DNA of 64,000 nt from Alphaproteobacteria bacterium RIFCSPHIGHO2_01_FULL_41_14 (GCA_001767855.1 MEMF01000002.1:37095-101094); one strand, 5' to 3'. Counted from the stretch's first letter, positions 50,549-60,253 are shown. The notes: generated from the letters alone by a model not told the origin. Numbers and translations are program-made.

Positions 50549-51106
50549 ATGAGTTTATTTTTATACCTATTTCTTTTAGGCACCTTGTTCGTTAGCTCTG
50601 GAAGTACAAAAAATCTGGGATATTGCCCAAAAGACCCTGCTAAAGCCTGTCAAGCCTCCCTATCTACCGCCCTAAACATACTCACCAACTGTGCCCTTGA
50701 CAGACCCCGCATAAAGGAATGCGCAATGATTTTTATTGAGACGCTTTCTGAGGCGGATGACAAGGCCCCCTTTTACGAAGAATTCTATGAAAAGAATTTC
50801 GAAGTGGGCAATGTGGAGGCTTACAAAAAAGAGATAGAAAGCCTAAAACAGTATAGTCAGCGTGCATGGCTTGTTCTTCATAACTTATCAAAAGCTCTCA
50901 TTCTAAATTATATAGATGTATCTAAATTAACAGCGGAACAAAAAAGAGAGATAGAAAACCTCATCCAACCCGTCTTCGAGATATCGGAAAACCGCAAGTT
51001 TGATATTAATGACGCCGTTCACAGAAAGCTTTTCATAGAAAAAGAATTAAGCCGCGCTCAAGCCATCGAATGGGGATCCCCTGACAAAAAAATAATTCTT
51101 TCCTAG
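50549..51106 (+). CDS. Hypothetical secreted Cys-containing protein immediately upstream of the T6SS genes
   Basis: The start is taken at ATG 50549 (MSLFLYLFLLGTLFVSSG signal peptide) to avoid the 5' overlap. About 185 aa, four Cys in the first 60 residues. No family recognised. Confidence 0.4.
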   Translation: MSLFLYLFLLGTLFVSSGSTKNLGYCPKDPAKACQASLSTALNILTNCALDRPRIKECAMIFIETLSEADDKAPFYEEFYEKNFEVGNVEAYKKEIESLKQYSQRAWLVLHNLSKALILNYIDVSKLTAEQKREIENLIQPVFEISENRKFDINDAVHRKLFIEKELSRAQAIEWGSPDKKIILS

Positions 51107-51216
51107 CCCCTTTTTCTGCTGGCATTTTTTCTTGAGTTGTCTGAATGGAAATTGTAAGGTGAAGGGGAGAGACTCTTTTAGTATTTTATATTAAAAAGTC
51201 GTCTACCGGGGCAGGT

Positions 51217-52557
51217 ATGGAAGAAAAATTTAGCTTTAAAATTCAAGATTTTGTTCAGTGGTATGAAGGGCAGCTTCTTTATCCTCATCACTATCAACAA
51301 ATGCGGTATGAAATCCAACAATTAGCCCTATGTTATCTTTCCATCTCTACGCCGTGGTATTGGGGCATACGGTCCCTAGAAATAGACGAAGCCTTATTGC
51401 CAAGTGGTATCATCAGAATTAATTCGGTTTTAGCTGTTTTCCCAGATGGATCTGTCTTGGAAAAAGACAAGATCACCCCCCCCTTCTTAGAAATAGATAT
51501 TTCCTCTCTCAAAGGAGAATTAGAGAATAAAGAAGCGACCATTTACTTAGCTGTTATCAAGCGTCAACCAGACAGCGCCAATACGACAGGTGATTTCCCT
51601 CGCTACATTTCCGCAGAATCAAATGCCATTGTAGATGAAAATACAGGAGAAAGTCCTCTTAACATAGCCAAACTTTCTTTAAGAGCGCTGCTCGTTACAG
51701 AAGAGAAGCTATCTGCTCGCCTCTCTGCTTTCCCTCTGATGAAAATTCTTGTCCAAAATGGAGCTTTTCGTAAAACTAACTTTATTCCGCCTACTCTTTC
51801 TTTTGGCACAGAGGGACCCATTGCAGAACCATTAAAAATTTTGATTACAAAACTAAGGCAACACATTTCTTATCTGTCTGTTCGTCTTCAAGGGCTTAAA
51901 ACAAAAGATCTGATTTCAGTATTAGATTATTACAACACCGTTTATAACGTTTTAACCAGCCGCATTTTATCGCTAGAAGGTATTTATGAGTCAATCGACA
52001 CTCATCCCTATGAGATGTATAAAGAGCTTAATATCGCTGCGGGTACTTATTGCGCTCTGAACCACAATAAACCTCCGCCTGTTTTTCCTCCTTATAATCA
52101 TAGTGATCTAAACGCCACCTTCAGCCCGATAATGGATTTCATTAATGAAATCATAGAATCTATAAAAAGCGCCTCCATTTCTATTATTTTTGATCAAGAC
52201 GGAAGCGTGTTCCAGCAACAAATAAAAGAACCGTATTTGGCTAATAAAATCCTTGTTATTGGTGTGCGTCTTGGAAAAAACATGAGCCGGGCCACAGGCA
52301 TTAGCTGGATTAAGGGAGCTGTCATCTCTTGTGACTTTGCGATCAAAGATATAAAGGAAAAAAGAATTCTAGGGGCAGAAAGAGAGCTGGTAGAACAAAT
52401 TCCCGAAATGGGTCTAGCTGCAGTTCAAGATCAAGTTTTCGTGAAGGTTACAGTAGATCCTGCCTTCATTCGAGCCGATGAATTCTTAAAAATATTTAAC
52501 CCTTCTGACAGAGAAGATTCTCGTCCTGAAGATCTTTTTCTATACGTGGCAGGGTAG
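51217..52557 (+). CDS. tssK: Type VI secretion system baseplate protein TssK (ImpJ/VasE family)
   Basis: 446 aa. The N-terminus VQWYEGQLLYPHHYQQ...PWYWGIRSLEIDEALLPSGIIRINSVLAVFPDGSVL parallels the TssK signature (W.eG..L.PQHFQQ ... PWG...D...L..G.L.....A.FPDG). Its stop abuts the tssL start. Confidence 0.8.
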   Translation: MEEKFSFKIQDFVQWYEGQLLYPHHYQQMRYEIQQLALCYLSISTPWYWGIRSLEIDEALLPSGIIRINSVLAVFPDGSVLEKDKITPPFLEIDISSLKGELENKEATIYLAVIKRQPDSANTTGDFPRYISAESNAIVDENTGESPLNIAKLSLRALLVTEEKLSARLSAFPLMKILVQNGAFRKTNFIPPTLSFGTEGPIAEPLKILITKLRQHISYLSVRLQGLKTKDLISVLDYYNTVYNVLTSRILSLEGIYESIDTHPYEMYKELNIAAGTYCALNHNKPPPVFPPYNHSDLNATFSPIMDFINEIIESIKSASISIIFDQDGSVFQQQIKEPYLANKILVIGVRLGKNMSRATGISWIKGAVISCDFAIKDIKEKRILGAERELVEQIPEMGLAAVQDQVFVKVTVDPAFIRADEFLKIFNPSDREDSRPEDLFLYVAG

Positions 52558-53343
52558 ATGCACACAGATATCTATTTGAAATCTGCCATATTACAAGATT
52601 TTAGAACTTTCTATCGTGAGTTGCTTATCTTACAAGACATGGCTCTTGAGCATGGGATTTCTAAAAAAGAGACAAAAACACCCGATGAAACCGCGGTTGA
52701 ATTGGCTCAGTCCCAAGACCAAACGCTCGGTCATCGTATCCGACAACGATTAGAAAACCTCTTTATGTCTCAATATTCTGAAGTGAGTAACCAAATCTAT
52801 GTGGCGTCATATTATCGAGAAGCTCAATACATCATGGTCGCTCTGGCAGATGAGATTTTTATCAATTTAAATTGGCGCGGCAGTGAAGAGTGGAAGGATA
52901 ACTTATTAGAATCTCTTATTTACAACACACAAGATTCGGGGGATAAATTTTTTGAAAATCTAGACCTTCTTCTAGGTGCTAAGAGTTCCCAATCAACAGA
53001 TATGGCTGCCCTTTATTTGTTTGCTTTGGGTCTGGGCTTTAAGGGAAGATACCGGGGAACAAAAAACGAAGACGAACTTTTTGCTTATCGAAAAAAACTA
53101 TACCGGTATATTACTGCTGACAATCTAGACTTATTGGAAAATAGATCCCCTCTTTTTCCTCAGGTGTATGAAAACATTATTGATGATCGGCAAAACATAA
53201 TAATCCCAGATTCTCGCCCTTGGTGGATATCATTAGGAGTCATTCTGGTAGGTTTTATCGGCGTGTCTTCTCTCATTTGGTTAACGCATATGAATATTTT
53301 TTCTCCTCTTATTCGCACACTTGAAAAATGGTCAGGATTTTAG
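52558..53343 (+). CDS. tssL: Type VI secretion system membrane protein TssL (DotU/ImpK family)
   Basis: 261 aa with a DotU-type core (YIMVALADEIFINLNWRGSEEW ... MAALYLFALGLGFKGRYRG) and a single C-terminal TM helix (WWISLGVILVGFIGVSSLIWL). Confidence 0.8.
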   Translation: MHTDIYLKSAILQDFRTFYRELLILQDMALEHGISKKETKTPDETAVELAQSQDQTLGHRIRQRLENLFMSQYSEVSNQIYVASYYREAQYIMVALADEIFINLNWRGSEEWKDNLLESLIYNTQDSGDKFFENLDLLLGAKSSQSTDMAALYLFALGLGFKGRYRGTKNEDELFAYRKKLYRYITADNLDLLENRSPLFPQVYENIIDDRQNIIIPDSRPWWISLGVILVGFIGVSSLIWLTHMNIFSPLIRTLEKWSGF

Positions 53344-56300
53344 ATGAGTGATATTTCTTCATTCCAGCTCATTCTCTCTATTCTCGGACTGGGAAGTCTT
53401 GTCTTTATGTTGGCCACTTATTTGTCGGGAATTGGTCTTAAGGAGCAATTCGAAAAAGTAGGCATCCGTACTCTTTCAATTTTTGGGGCCTTAAAAGATG
53501 TGTTGGGAGGAAAACGAGAGCTTAACTCTCTTTCCTTTAAACATTTTTTTCAAGATCTTTTTTATGGCATTCTAAATCTATTCGGCATTTATCCTCAGGG
53601 ACCTTTTTATGAATCTATGCGACAAGTGGTTCGGGCTCTCGAGGAAAGAACGGGCTCTAAGAAAACTCTTTACGAACTTCCTTGGTTTATCATGGTTGGT
53701 ACTGAAGGTGCAGGAAAATCATCTTTATTAGGAAACTTGACCTTATCAACCCCCATTTCCAGCCCAAATTTTGGCAACCCAGATGGCCATCCTCTCATCC
53801 AGTGGTGGTTCTATGAAAGGGGAATTGTTCTTGATATTAGCGGAAGAGTTCTGGACTCAAAACAACCCTCTCTGACAGAGTCTTGGGAAACTTTTTTGAA
53901 AGCACTCAGACGGTATCGCCCTCATCGTCCTCTGGATGGGATTATTTTTACTGTCCCCTCTACTCAATTTGCAGGCCCCGGGCAGCTGTCAAAACCTGAA
54001 CTGGTAGAACAAGCACACCAGCTCTCTAACCAGTTGGTCAAAATTGAAAAAATATTAGGCCTGAAACTTCCTCTCTATGCTTTATTGACAAAATGCGATG
54101 AAGTTGGAGGGTTCCAAAGCTTTGTAAAATCTTTGCCTCAAAAGTCTCTGGGAGAACCATTTGGATGGTCCAACCCTTACGCCACCAATCTCTCTTTTGA
54201 TCCAAAGTGGATCTCAGAAGCATTTCAAACCATGTATGCCTCAGTATACGAAATCATTATTCGAATTTTCGGGAATGAATCGACGGAAAACCCTGGTCGT
54301 AATGAAGTTGTTGCTTTCCCAGAAAGTTTTATTCAGCTCCAAGATTCAGTTCAAACCTATCTCAGCGTTTTATTTAAAACAGGAGACTATGACGATCACT
54401 TTATCTTTAGGGGCCTCTTTGTCACAGGAACTGGGGAAGAGAATGCATCGTTAAAAATACTAGCTCAACCTTTTTTATCTGATTTATTTACCAAAAAAAT
54501 ATTCTCTGAATTCGGGCTTGCGACCCCTATTAAAAAGTTTTTCCTCATTATGAGTAAAAAAATTAATTTACTGAGATTCTCTATCTCGGCAGCTTTTATT
54601 ATCGCGATTTATGGGCTCTGTTGGACCAATCAATATTTGACAGATACCCTTTACCATATTCGGCCATTAATCAAACAAGTTCAGGAAGATCTGGAAACTA
54701 AAAACTGGGACAATAGTTTTAAAGAAAAGAAGGTGGATATTACCCAACACGAAGGGAAAGCAGTCCTCCAACTTTTAGACACTATTTATACTTATCGGTT
54801 ACGCCACCTGTTGATTCCCATGTCATGGGTAAGCCCCACTGTTTACAAACTTGATCATGTCACAGCCGAACTTTATAACAAAATCATTGCAAGGAATATG
54901 GCCGCCTTTTTAGGAGCGAAAGCAGATCGCTTAACAACGGCTCCCCTCTCGATAACCCCGTCTCAAAAAGTATATCAGTCACCTCTTGAAACTTCAGAAT
55001 TTTTGTTACTGGAAGGTTATGTAAAAGGTCTGGCTAACTTAGAGCGAGCAAGCCTTCTTTATGCAACTCTACAAGAAACTCAAGATCTCTTCCAATTAGC
55101 GGAAATTCTAAATTATCTTTATGGTTACTCCCTCAGCCCTGATTTCTTAAAATCCAGAGTTGCAAAAAGAATTCTTATTACACAGGCCTCTTACGAAACA
55201 TTTGATATAAGCAGCTACCGCCTTTACGCCGAAAAACGACTTTATCTCCTCTATGATGTCTTCCTTAGAAAAATTCTAGACCCTGAGTATATTTATTCTT
55301 TAGCTGGTCGATTGCAAAATTCTCTTCAGCATGTGGAAGGAAGACGCCAGCCTGATCTGGAAATCCTGAAAAAAAGCATCTCCGACATTAAAGAGTTAGT
55401 AGGATTCTTAACTCAGGCTGGAGGAAGCTGGCTTTCGAACCCCCAATTCAACCCCGGCTCTCGTTATCAACAATTGATTGATCAAATCAAACATATTGGC
55501 TTGCTAGGAACGAATATTCCTCAAACTCTGTCTGAAACCTCTGGTAGAATGTATGAAAAAGCGGTTCGATATCTAAGAAGTTATGGATCTTCTATAACTG
55601 GTTATTTTTTAAGTGTTTCCCCCCAGACTCAGAAATTAGAGCCCTCTCCTGGCCTTATCAATCTTGAAAAGCAATTAGATACCTTCTTACAACAACCTTT
55701 TATGCAAAAAGCATCCGGATCTTTCTTTGTTGATAAAATTCCCCAAGGACAATTCTTACACTGGGATTCTCAGGCCGTACGCAATGCTGTTTCTCTCGTG
55801 GAGGCTTATAAATCTTTCGTAGGGACAGAGCTCACAAAATATCCTGCTAATTTGCAAGATACTCTTCGTCAAGCTGGTTTTTACCAAACTCAAAGAAATA
55901 TAGAAGCCATGCTTGAGCAGGCCCAGACTTTCTATGAAGATCCTCAGCGTGATTGGTCAGAACAAGCTGAAGATGCGAGACGCGCCCAGTCTATGAACAT
56001 TAATGAAGTGGGTCCTTTGTTCATCAAACTCATTAAGGATCTGGATGCGATGGGAGGAGGAGCAACTTATTTAAGGCTTAGAAATCTTTTGTTTGAACAA
56101 ATGTATAAGAACCTAAAAAACCTCGACAAAACTTTAAGAGACAGCGCCTATTATCAACCCCCAGATCAAAGTTTTTCATCCTGGAAAGGAGAAACTGACG
56201 GTGTCCTTAAGGCCTTTAATATAACCGACGTCTCAGAGATGAAGGATTATTTTGCGAATCAGAGTGCCCGAATTTTAACTATGGTCATTAATAATGCCGA

Positions 56301-57411
56301 ACCTGTTATCGAAATATTTAAAGCAGATTTGTTTGATACCAATATTGATCAAATTAAATTGATTAGTAAATGGAATGGTCTTGTGGAGCAGGCCATTTCC
56401 TACAAAAAATCTAAAGCCAGCGGCTCTATGAAGTCTCTTGAAAAATTCATGGAAGAGGACGGTAATAAAATTACTTATGCAACGTGTTTCACAGACTTGA
56501 AACCAGAGAAATTTGATCAACCCTCTAGTGATTATTTTACTGAGAAACAAAATGATCTCAAGCGGAGTATGTATAAACGTTGTCAGGAACTGGCAGCTGA
56601 GAAGGGGGCTCAACAATATAATAAACTGGAAAATACCTTTAACACTTATCTTGCAAACTCTTTCCCATTTACGAGACAGGTTCCCAACACCCCTCAACTC
56701 GAATCTGAAGCTTCTTGGCCACTCTTACAAGAACTCTTTACAGAGTTAGAAGTTTTAACACCTGGTGTGAGACAATCCTTAAAAGAGTCCAAAAAATACA
56801 GCAATGGATGGAAGAAAGTCGAAAAATTCATTTCTCAGCTTGATAGCGTCAAAAAATTCTTCGAGACTTATTTTTCTCCCCTAAAAAAAGACAGTGATCC
56901 TGGGATGACCTTTAACATTAAATTCCGAGACAATAGGGTTAAAGAATCCTTCGGAAACCAAATATCAGATTGGGCCATTATTTTTGGTGATAAATCTCTT
57001 AGTATTCGACAAAATGGTTCAGGGGTTTCCAATGGACGATGGGTGATGAGTAGCCCTGTTTCTTTCGGCTTTCAGTGGACCACTCCCTCTGTTCTCCTAC
57101 CCTTAACAGAGACGAATATTCCCTCCCTCGTAAAGGTGAATGATCGATCCTTATTTGTTTATGAAGGCACTTGGAGTATCTTGCGTGCGATCATGCTGCA
57201 CCTTGCAAAACCAGAAGAAGGAGGCTCCCTTACCAATGATGTCCTTTTAAAATTTGAAATCCCCCTTGGACCCCCTTCAGCCACCGCCCCAGTTTCCCTA
57301 GCTAAATTGTATCTGAGACTTATGCCTCAAACAGAGAAAGGCCAAAACGCTGTTAACTTCAAGATTCCAACTTTCCCGGTCCAAGCTCCCAAACTAATAG
57401 GAGAAATGTGA
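53344..57411 (+). CDS. tssM: Type VI secretion system membrane subunit TssM (IcmF family)
   Basis: 1355 aa. An N-terminal TM helix, a cytoplasmic P-loop (WFIMVGTEGAGKSSLLGN), a further TM at about residue 410, and a large periplasmic C-terminal region. The gene order K-L-M matches T6SS membrane-complex operons. Confidence 0.8.
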   Translation: MSDISSFQLILSILGLGSLVFMLATYLSGIGLKEQFEKVGIRTLSIFGALKDVLGGKRELNSLSFKHFFQDLFYGILNLFGIYPQGPFYESMRQVVRALEERTGSKKTLYELPWFIMVGTEGAGKSSLLGNLTLSTPISSPNFGNPDGHPLIQWWFYERGIVLDISGRVLDSKQPSLTESWETFLKALRRYRPHRPLDGIIFTVPSTQFAGPGQLSKPELVEQAHQLSNQLVKIEKILGLKLPLYALLTKCDEVGGFQSFVKSLPQKSLGEPFGWSNPYATNLSFDPKWISEAFQTMYASVYEIIIRIFGNESTENPGRNEVVAFPESFIQLQDSVQTYLSVLFKTGDYDDHFIFRGLFVTGTGEENASLKILAQPFLSDLFTKKIFSEFGLATPIKKFFLIMSKKINLLRFSISAAFIIAIYGLCWTNQYLTDTLYHIRPLIKQVQEDLETKNWDNSFKEKKVDITQHEGKAVLQLLDTIYTYRLRHLLIPMSWVSPTVYKLDHVTAELYNKIIARNMAAFLGAKADRLTTAPLSITPSQKVYQSPLETSEFLLLEGYVKGLANLERASLLYATLQETQDLFQLAEILNYLYGYSLSPDFLKSRVAKRILITQASYETFDISSYRLYAEKRLYLLYDVFLRKILDPEYIYSLAGRLQNSLQHVEGRRQPDLEILKKSISDIKELVGFLTQAGGSWLSNPQFNPGSRYQQLIDQIKHIGLLGTNIPQTLSETSGRMYEKAVRYLRSYGSSITGYFLSVSPQTQKLEPSPGLINLEKQLDTFLQQPFMQKASGSFFVDKIPQGQFLHWDSQAVRNAVSLVEAYKSFVGTELTKYPANLQDTLRQAGFYQTQRNIEAMLEQAQTFYEDPQRDWSEQAEDARRAQSMNINEVGPLFIKLIKDLDAMGGGATYLRLRNLLFEQMYKNLKNLDKTLRDSAYYQPPDQSFSSWKGETDGVLKAFNITDVSEMKDYFANQSARILTMVINNAEPVIEIFKADLFDTNIDQIKLISKWNGLVEQAISYKKSKASGSMKSLEKFMEEDGNKITYATCFTDLKPEKFDQPSSDYFTEKQNDLKRSMYKRCQELAAEKGAQQYNKLENTFNTYLANSFPFTRQVPNTPQLESEASWPLLQELFTELEVLTPGVRQSLKESKKYSNGWKKVEKFISQLDSVKKFFETYFSPLKKDSDPGMTFNIKFRDNRVKESFGNQISDWAIIFGDKSLSIRQNGSGVSNGRWVMSSPVSFGFQWTTPSVLLPLTETNIPSLVKVNDRSLFVYEGTWSILRAIMLHLAKPEEGGSLTNDVLLKFEIPLGPPSATAPVSLAKLYLRLMPQTEKGQNAVNFKIPTFPVQAPKLIGEM

Positions 57412-57418
57412 AAAGATC

Positions 57419-58558
57419 ATGCCCCTTTATGAAACGCTAGATCCTCTTTTACAAGACATCCCCGGTCCAAATCCTCAAGGAAAAGACCTTAAATATAGCA
57501 CAGAATATGATCAAATCAGAGAAGCCTCTCGAGAAGACTTAGATTTGCCCCAGGGTGTGTGGGTGCAAGATTTAAAATCTGCAAATTGGGGGGACGTTGA
57601 AAAACTATGCCTAAATATTTTACAAACACAATCGAAAGATTTGCAGGTTGTTGCTTGGCTCTTAGAAGCTTGGATGTCTCTTTATAGTATGAAAGGGCTC
57701 AAGCAAGGGTTTGATTTACTTTTACAGATGTCTCAGAAATATTGGGATACAGCATTCCCTCAACTTAATCCGCAAGATCCTGAGTTCAGAAGCGCGCCAT
57801 ATAATTGGATTAATGAAAGATTATCTAATCGGTTTAATAAGATTGAAGTAACAGCCCCTGATGATCCAGATCTTTTAACTTATTCCTATTCAACCTACCT
57901 TGATCTCCAAAAAGATGGGGGTATTGTTATTACGGGTTCTTCAGAAGAGCAAAACCTTTCTGAAAAGAGAACCGGATTTGCAAAAAGTCTCAAAAAAACC
58001 AAAGACGATTTTTTTGTTGGTCTTAAAGCTGATGGAGAAGAAACCCTAACTCTTATTAAAAATCTGCAGTCGTTTTTAGACAGTAAGTTCGGGGCTGACG
58101 GCCCCTCTCTTTATCACGCTCAAGATAAAATACAAGAATTTATTAACTTTTTCGAACAGACGCTAGCCGCTCGGCATCAGCCTCAAGAAAATGTTTCAGT
58201 CAAACTCGAGGCAGGAGAAGAGGAAGAAAACGCCTCTTCCTCAGAAAACACGCCCCCTGCTGCCAATACAAATGTGCATGTGGACATGGTGATGAACAGC
58301 CGTTCTGATGCCTATGCTCTTATCAATCAGGCCGCAGATTATTTAGAAAAACTTGATCCCCACAGCCCATCACCCCATCTTATTAAACGCGCGATTCGAT
58401 GGAGTAATTTAGACTTAAAGAACTTGCTGCAAGAAATGATTAAAGATCCAAGTTCCCTTGAAGACCTCAAACATCTTCTCGGCATGGCCCAGGAGACAAA
58501 TACCTCCGAAACAGGTGACGCTCTCTCCGGCCCACAATCAACCGATCCCTCTTCTTAA
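57419..58558 (+). CDS. tssA: Type VI secretion system protein TssA (ImpA N-terminal domain family)
   Basis: 379 aa. The N-terminus LLQDIPGPNPQGKDLKYSTEYDQIREASRED...WGDVEKLCLNILQTQSKDLQVVAWLLEAW matches the ImpA_N signature (P.G.DL.YD..F..L...R ... SKDL.V..WL..A). Confidence 0.75.
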   Translation: MPLYETLDPLLQDIPGPNPQGKDLKYSTEYDQIREASREDLDLPQGVWVQDLKSANWGDVEKLCLNILQTQSKDLQVVAWLLEAWMSLYSMKGLKQGFDLLLQMSQKYWDTAFPQLNPQDPEFRSAPYNWINERLSNRFNKIEVTAPDDPDLLTYSYSTYLDLQKDGGIVITGSSEEQNLSEKRTGFAKSLKKTKDDFFVGLKADGEETLTLIKNLQSFLDSKFGADGPSLYHAQDKIQEFINFFEQTLAARHQPQENVSVKLEAGEEEENASSSENTPPAANTNVHVDMVMNSRSDAYALINQAADYLEKLDPHSPSPHLIKRAIRWSNLDLKNLLQEMIKDPSSLEDLKHLLGMAQETNTSETGDALSGPQSTDPSS

Positions 58559-58659
58559 TCCTTTATGGCCCCAGCAGTTTTTAAGAACTTGGATATCTTT
58601 TCCTAGTTGCACTCTCTGCATGATCATCGTATGGTTATTTCAAATGTATATGGGTTAAC

Positions 58660-59763
58660 ATGATTTTTATTTGGAAAATTTTATTCTTCTTTTCTATCTT
58701 CTGTTTTTCTTTTACAGCTATTTGTAAAAAAGAAGAAAAAGTTGTTCATGTTTATTTCTGGGCTGGCACGATTGATGAAAGCACCATAAAAAAATTCGAA
58801 AAAGAAACCGGTATCAAGATTAAATGTGACTATTATGACGGCGATGAAATTCTAGAAACGAAACTCCTAACAGGAAGCTCCCTTTATGATGTGGTGATGC
58901 CTTCTGCTGTGCCTTATTACAGCCGTCAGGTACGGCTTGGATTATATCGTCCCTTAGATCGCTCACAATTACCTAACTGGAAAAATCTAGATCCGCATAT
59001 TGTGAAACTACTAGAGACGGTGGACCCAGGTAACAAATATGGAGTCCCTTATAGCTGGGGCACCACGGGGTTTCTTTATAATCCAGACACCCTTAAAAAA
59101 TACTTGCCTCCTGATACGCCTCTGGATACATATCGTATTATCCTCGATGAAACAATTATGAGAAAATTATCTAAGTGCGGTGTTGGATTGATTGATCAAC
59201 CTCAAGATGCATTGGAAGCTTTTCTCGCTTACCTAAAAATTAAACCTAACTATAAGGACTTATCCCAAATAGACACCGTGAAAAAAGTTGTGGAGAGAAT
59301 TCGTCCTTATATAAAGTTTTTCGCTATTAGTTCGGATAAAATGATCACAAACGCAGTGAGTGGGGAAGCATGCCTTGTTCAAACATGGTCGGCAGAGGCA
59401 TTTCACGCTCAAAGACTCGCTGAGAAAATCAAAAAGAAATTATTGTTTGTGATTCCTCGTGAGCACAGAGGAGCTTGGTGTGATTTACTAGCGATTCCCA
59501 AAAATGCGCCACACCCAGAAAATGCGCATAAATTCATTGACTTTATGATGCGCCCTGACATTGCTGCTGTTAATTTAGAGAACACATTCATGACCATTGC
59601 CAATGTTCCAGCCCAAAAATTAATACCGGCTTACTTAAAGAACAGTAAGATTATTTTTCCACCCAAAGAAGTTCTAGACAATTTGAAACTAAGCGAAACA
59701 CTACCCCTCAATTACGAAAGAAAAACAACCCGAATGTGGGCTCATATTAAAGCAAGACAATAG
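58660..59763 (+). CDS. potD: Spermidine/putrescine ABC transporter periplasmic substrate-binding protein (PotD/PotF family)
   Basis: 367 aa with a signal peptide, then VHVYFWAGTIDESTIKKFEKETGIKIKCDYYDGDEILETKLLTGSSLYDVVMPS typical of the PotD N-lobe. It lies about 26 kb away from potABC. Confidence 0.75.
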   Translation: MIFIWKILFFFSIFCFSFTAICKKEEKVVHVYFWAGTIDESTIKKFEKETGIKIKCDYYDGDEILETKLLTGSSLYDVVMPSAVPYYSRQVRLGLYRPLDRSQLPNWKNLDPHIVKLLETVDPGNKYGVPYSWGTTGFLYNPDTLKKYLPPDTPLDTYRIILDETIMRKLSKCGVGLIDQPQDALEAFLAYLKIKPNYKDLSQIDTVKKVVERIRPYIKFFAISSDKMITNAVSGEACLVQTWSAEAFHAQRLAEKIKKKLLFVIPREHRGAWCDLLAIPKNAPHPENAHKFIDFMMRPDIAAVNLENTFMTIANVPAQKLIPAYLKNSKIIFPPKEVLDNLKLSETLPLNYERKTTRMWAHIKARQ

Positions 59764-59776
59764 ATAGGATTTTTCC

Positions 59777-60253
59777 ATGAAAATAAAGATATTTTTTAAC
59801 AGTGTCTTCCTGTTGATGTTAACTTCTTGTTCCTCTTTTAAAGAAAAAATTGGCATTACTCATTATGCCCCCAATGAATTTGAAACGGTTCAAAATGAGC
59901 CTCTTGAGATTCCTCCTTCCTTGAACATAGAAAACCCCGAAGAAGGACCATACAAAAGAAAAAAATCAACAGCAGAGAAAGCACGGGGTCTTCTGATACC
60001 GGCTTCTAAGGCCCTTCCCGCTTCTTCTTCTGATCACAAAGCCGAGCAAATTCTTTTAGAAAAAATTGGATCAGACAAAAGAAACCCCAACATTCGACGC
60101 GCCATTGATCGTGATAACCATGCTGAACCTACCATGCAAGAAAAGATCCAACGCACCCTGGTGTTCTGGAAAAAACCAGAAAAAGGCACGATTATTGATC
60201 CCCGTAAAGAACAAGAAAAATTAGAGACTGAATCATCAGTTGAGGACAAATAA
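59777..60253 (+). CDS. Hypothetical lipoprotein
   Basis: 158 aa with signal peptide and lipobox LLMLTSC. Lys/Glu-rich and low complexity. No family recognised. Confidence 0.4.
   Translation: MKIKIFFNSVFLLMLTSCSSFKEKIGITHYAPNEFETVQNEPLEIPPSLNIENPEEGPYKRKKSTAEKARGLLIPASKALPASSSDHKAEQILLEKIGSDKRNPNIRRAIDRDNHAEPTMQEKIQRTLVFWKKPEKGTIIDPRKEQEKLETESSVEDK

Noticed and set aside
51107-51216. Possible sigma-70 promoter for the T6SS operon (TTGAGT ... TATATT-like hexamers) in the 110-bp gap upstream of tssK
   Set aside because: Hexamers and spacing are too weak and ambiguous to call by eye. Left as unannotated upstream region.
52558-57411. DotU/IcmF homologues could indicate a Dot/Icm type IVB secretion system (IcmH/IcmF) rather than T6SS
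   Set aside because: The flanking genes carry TssK and ImpA_N (TssA) signatures that are specific to T6SS, and no Dot/Icm core gene (dotB, dotC, dotD, icmE, etc.) is present.
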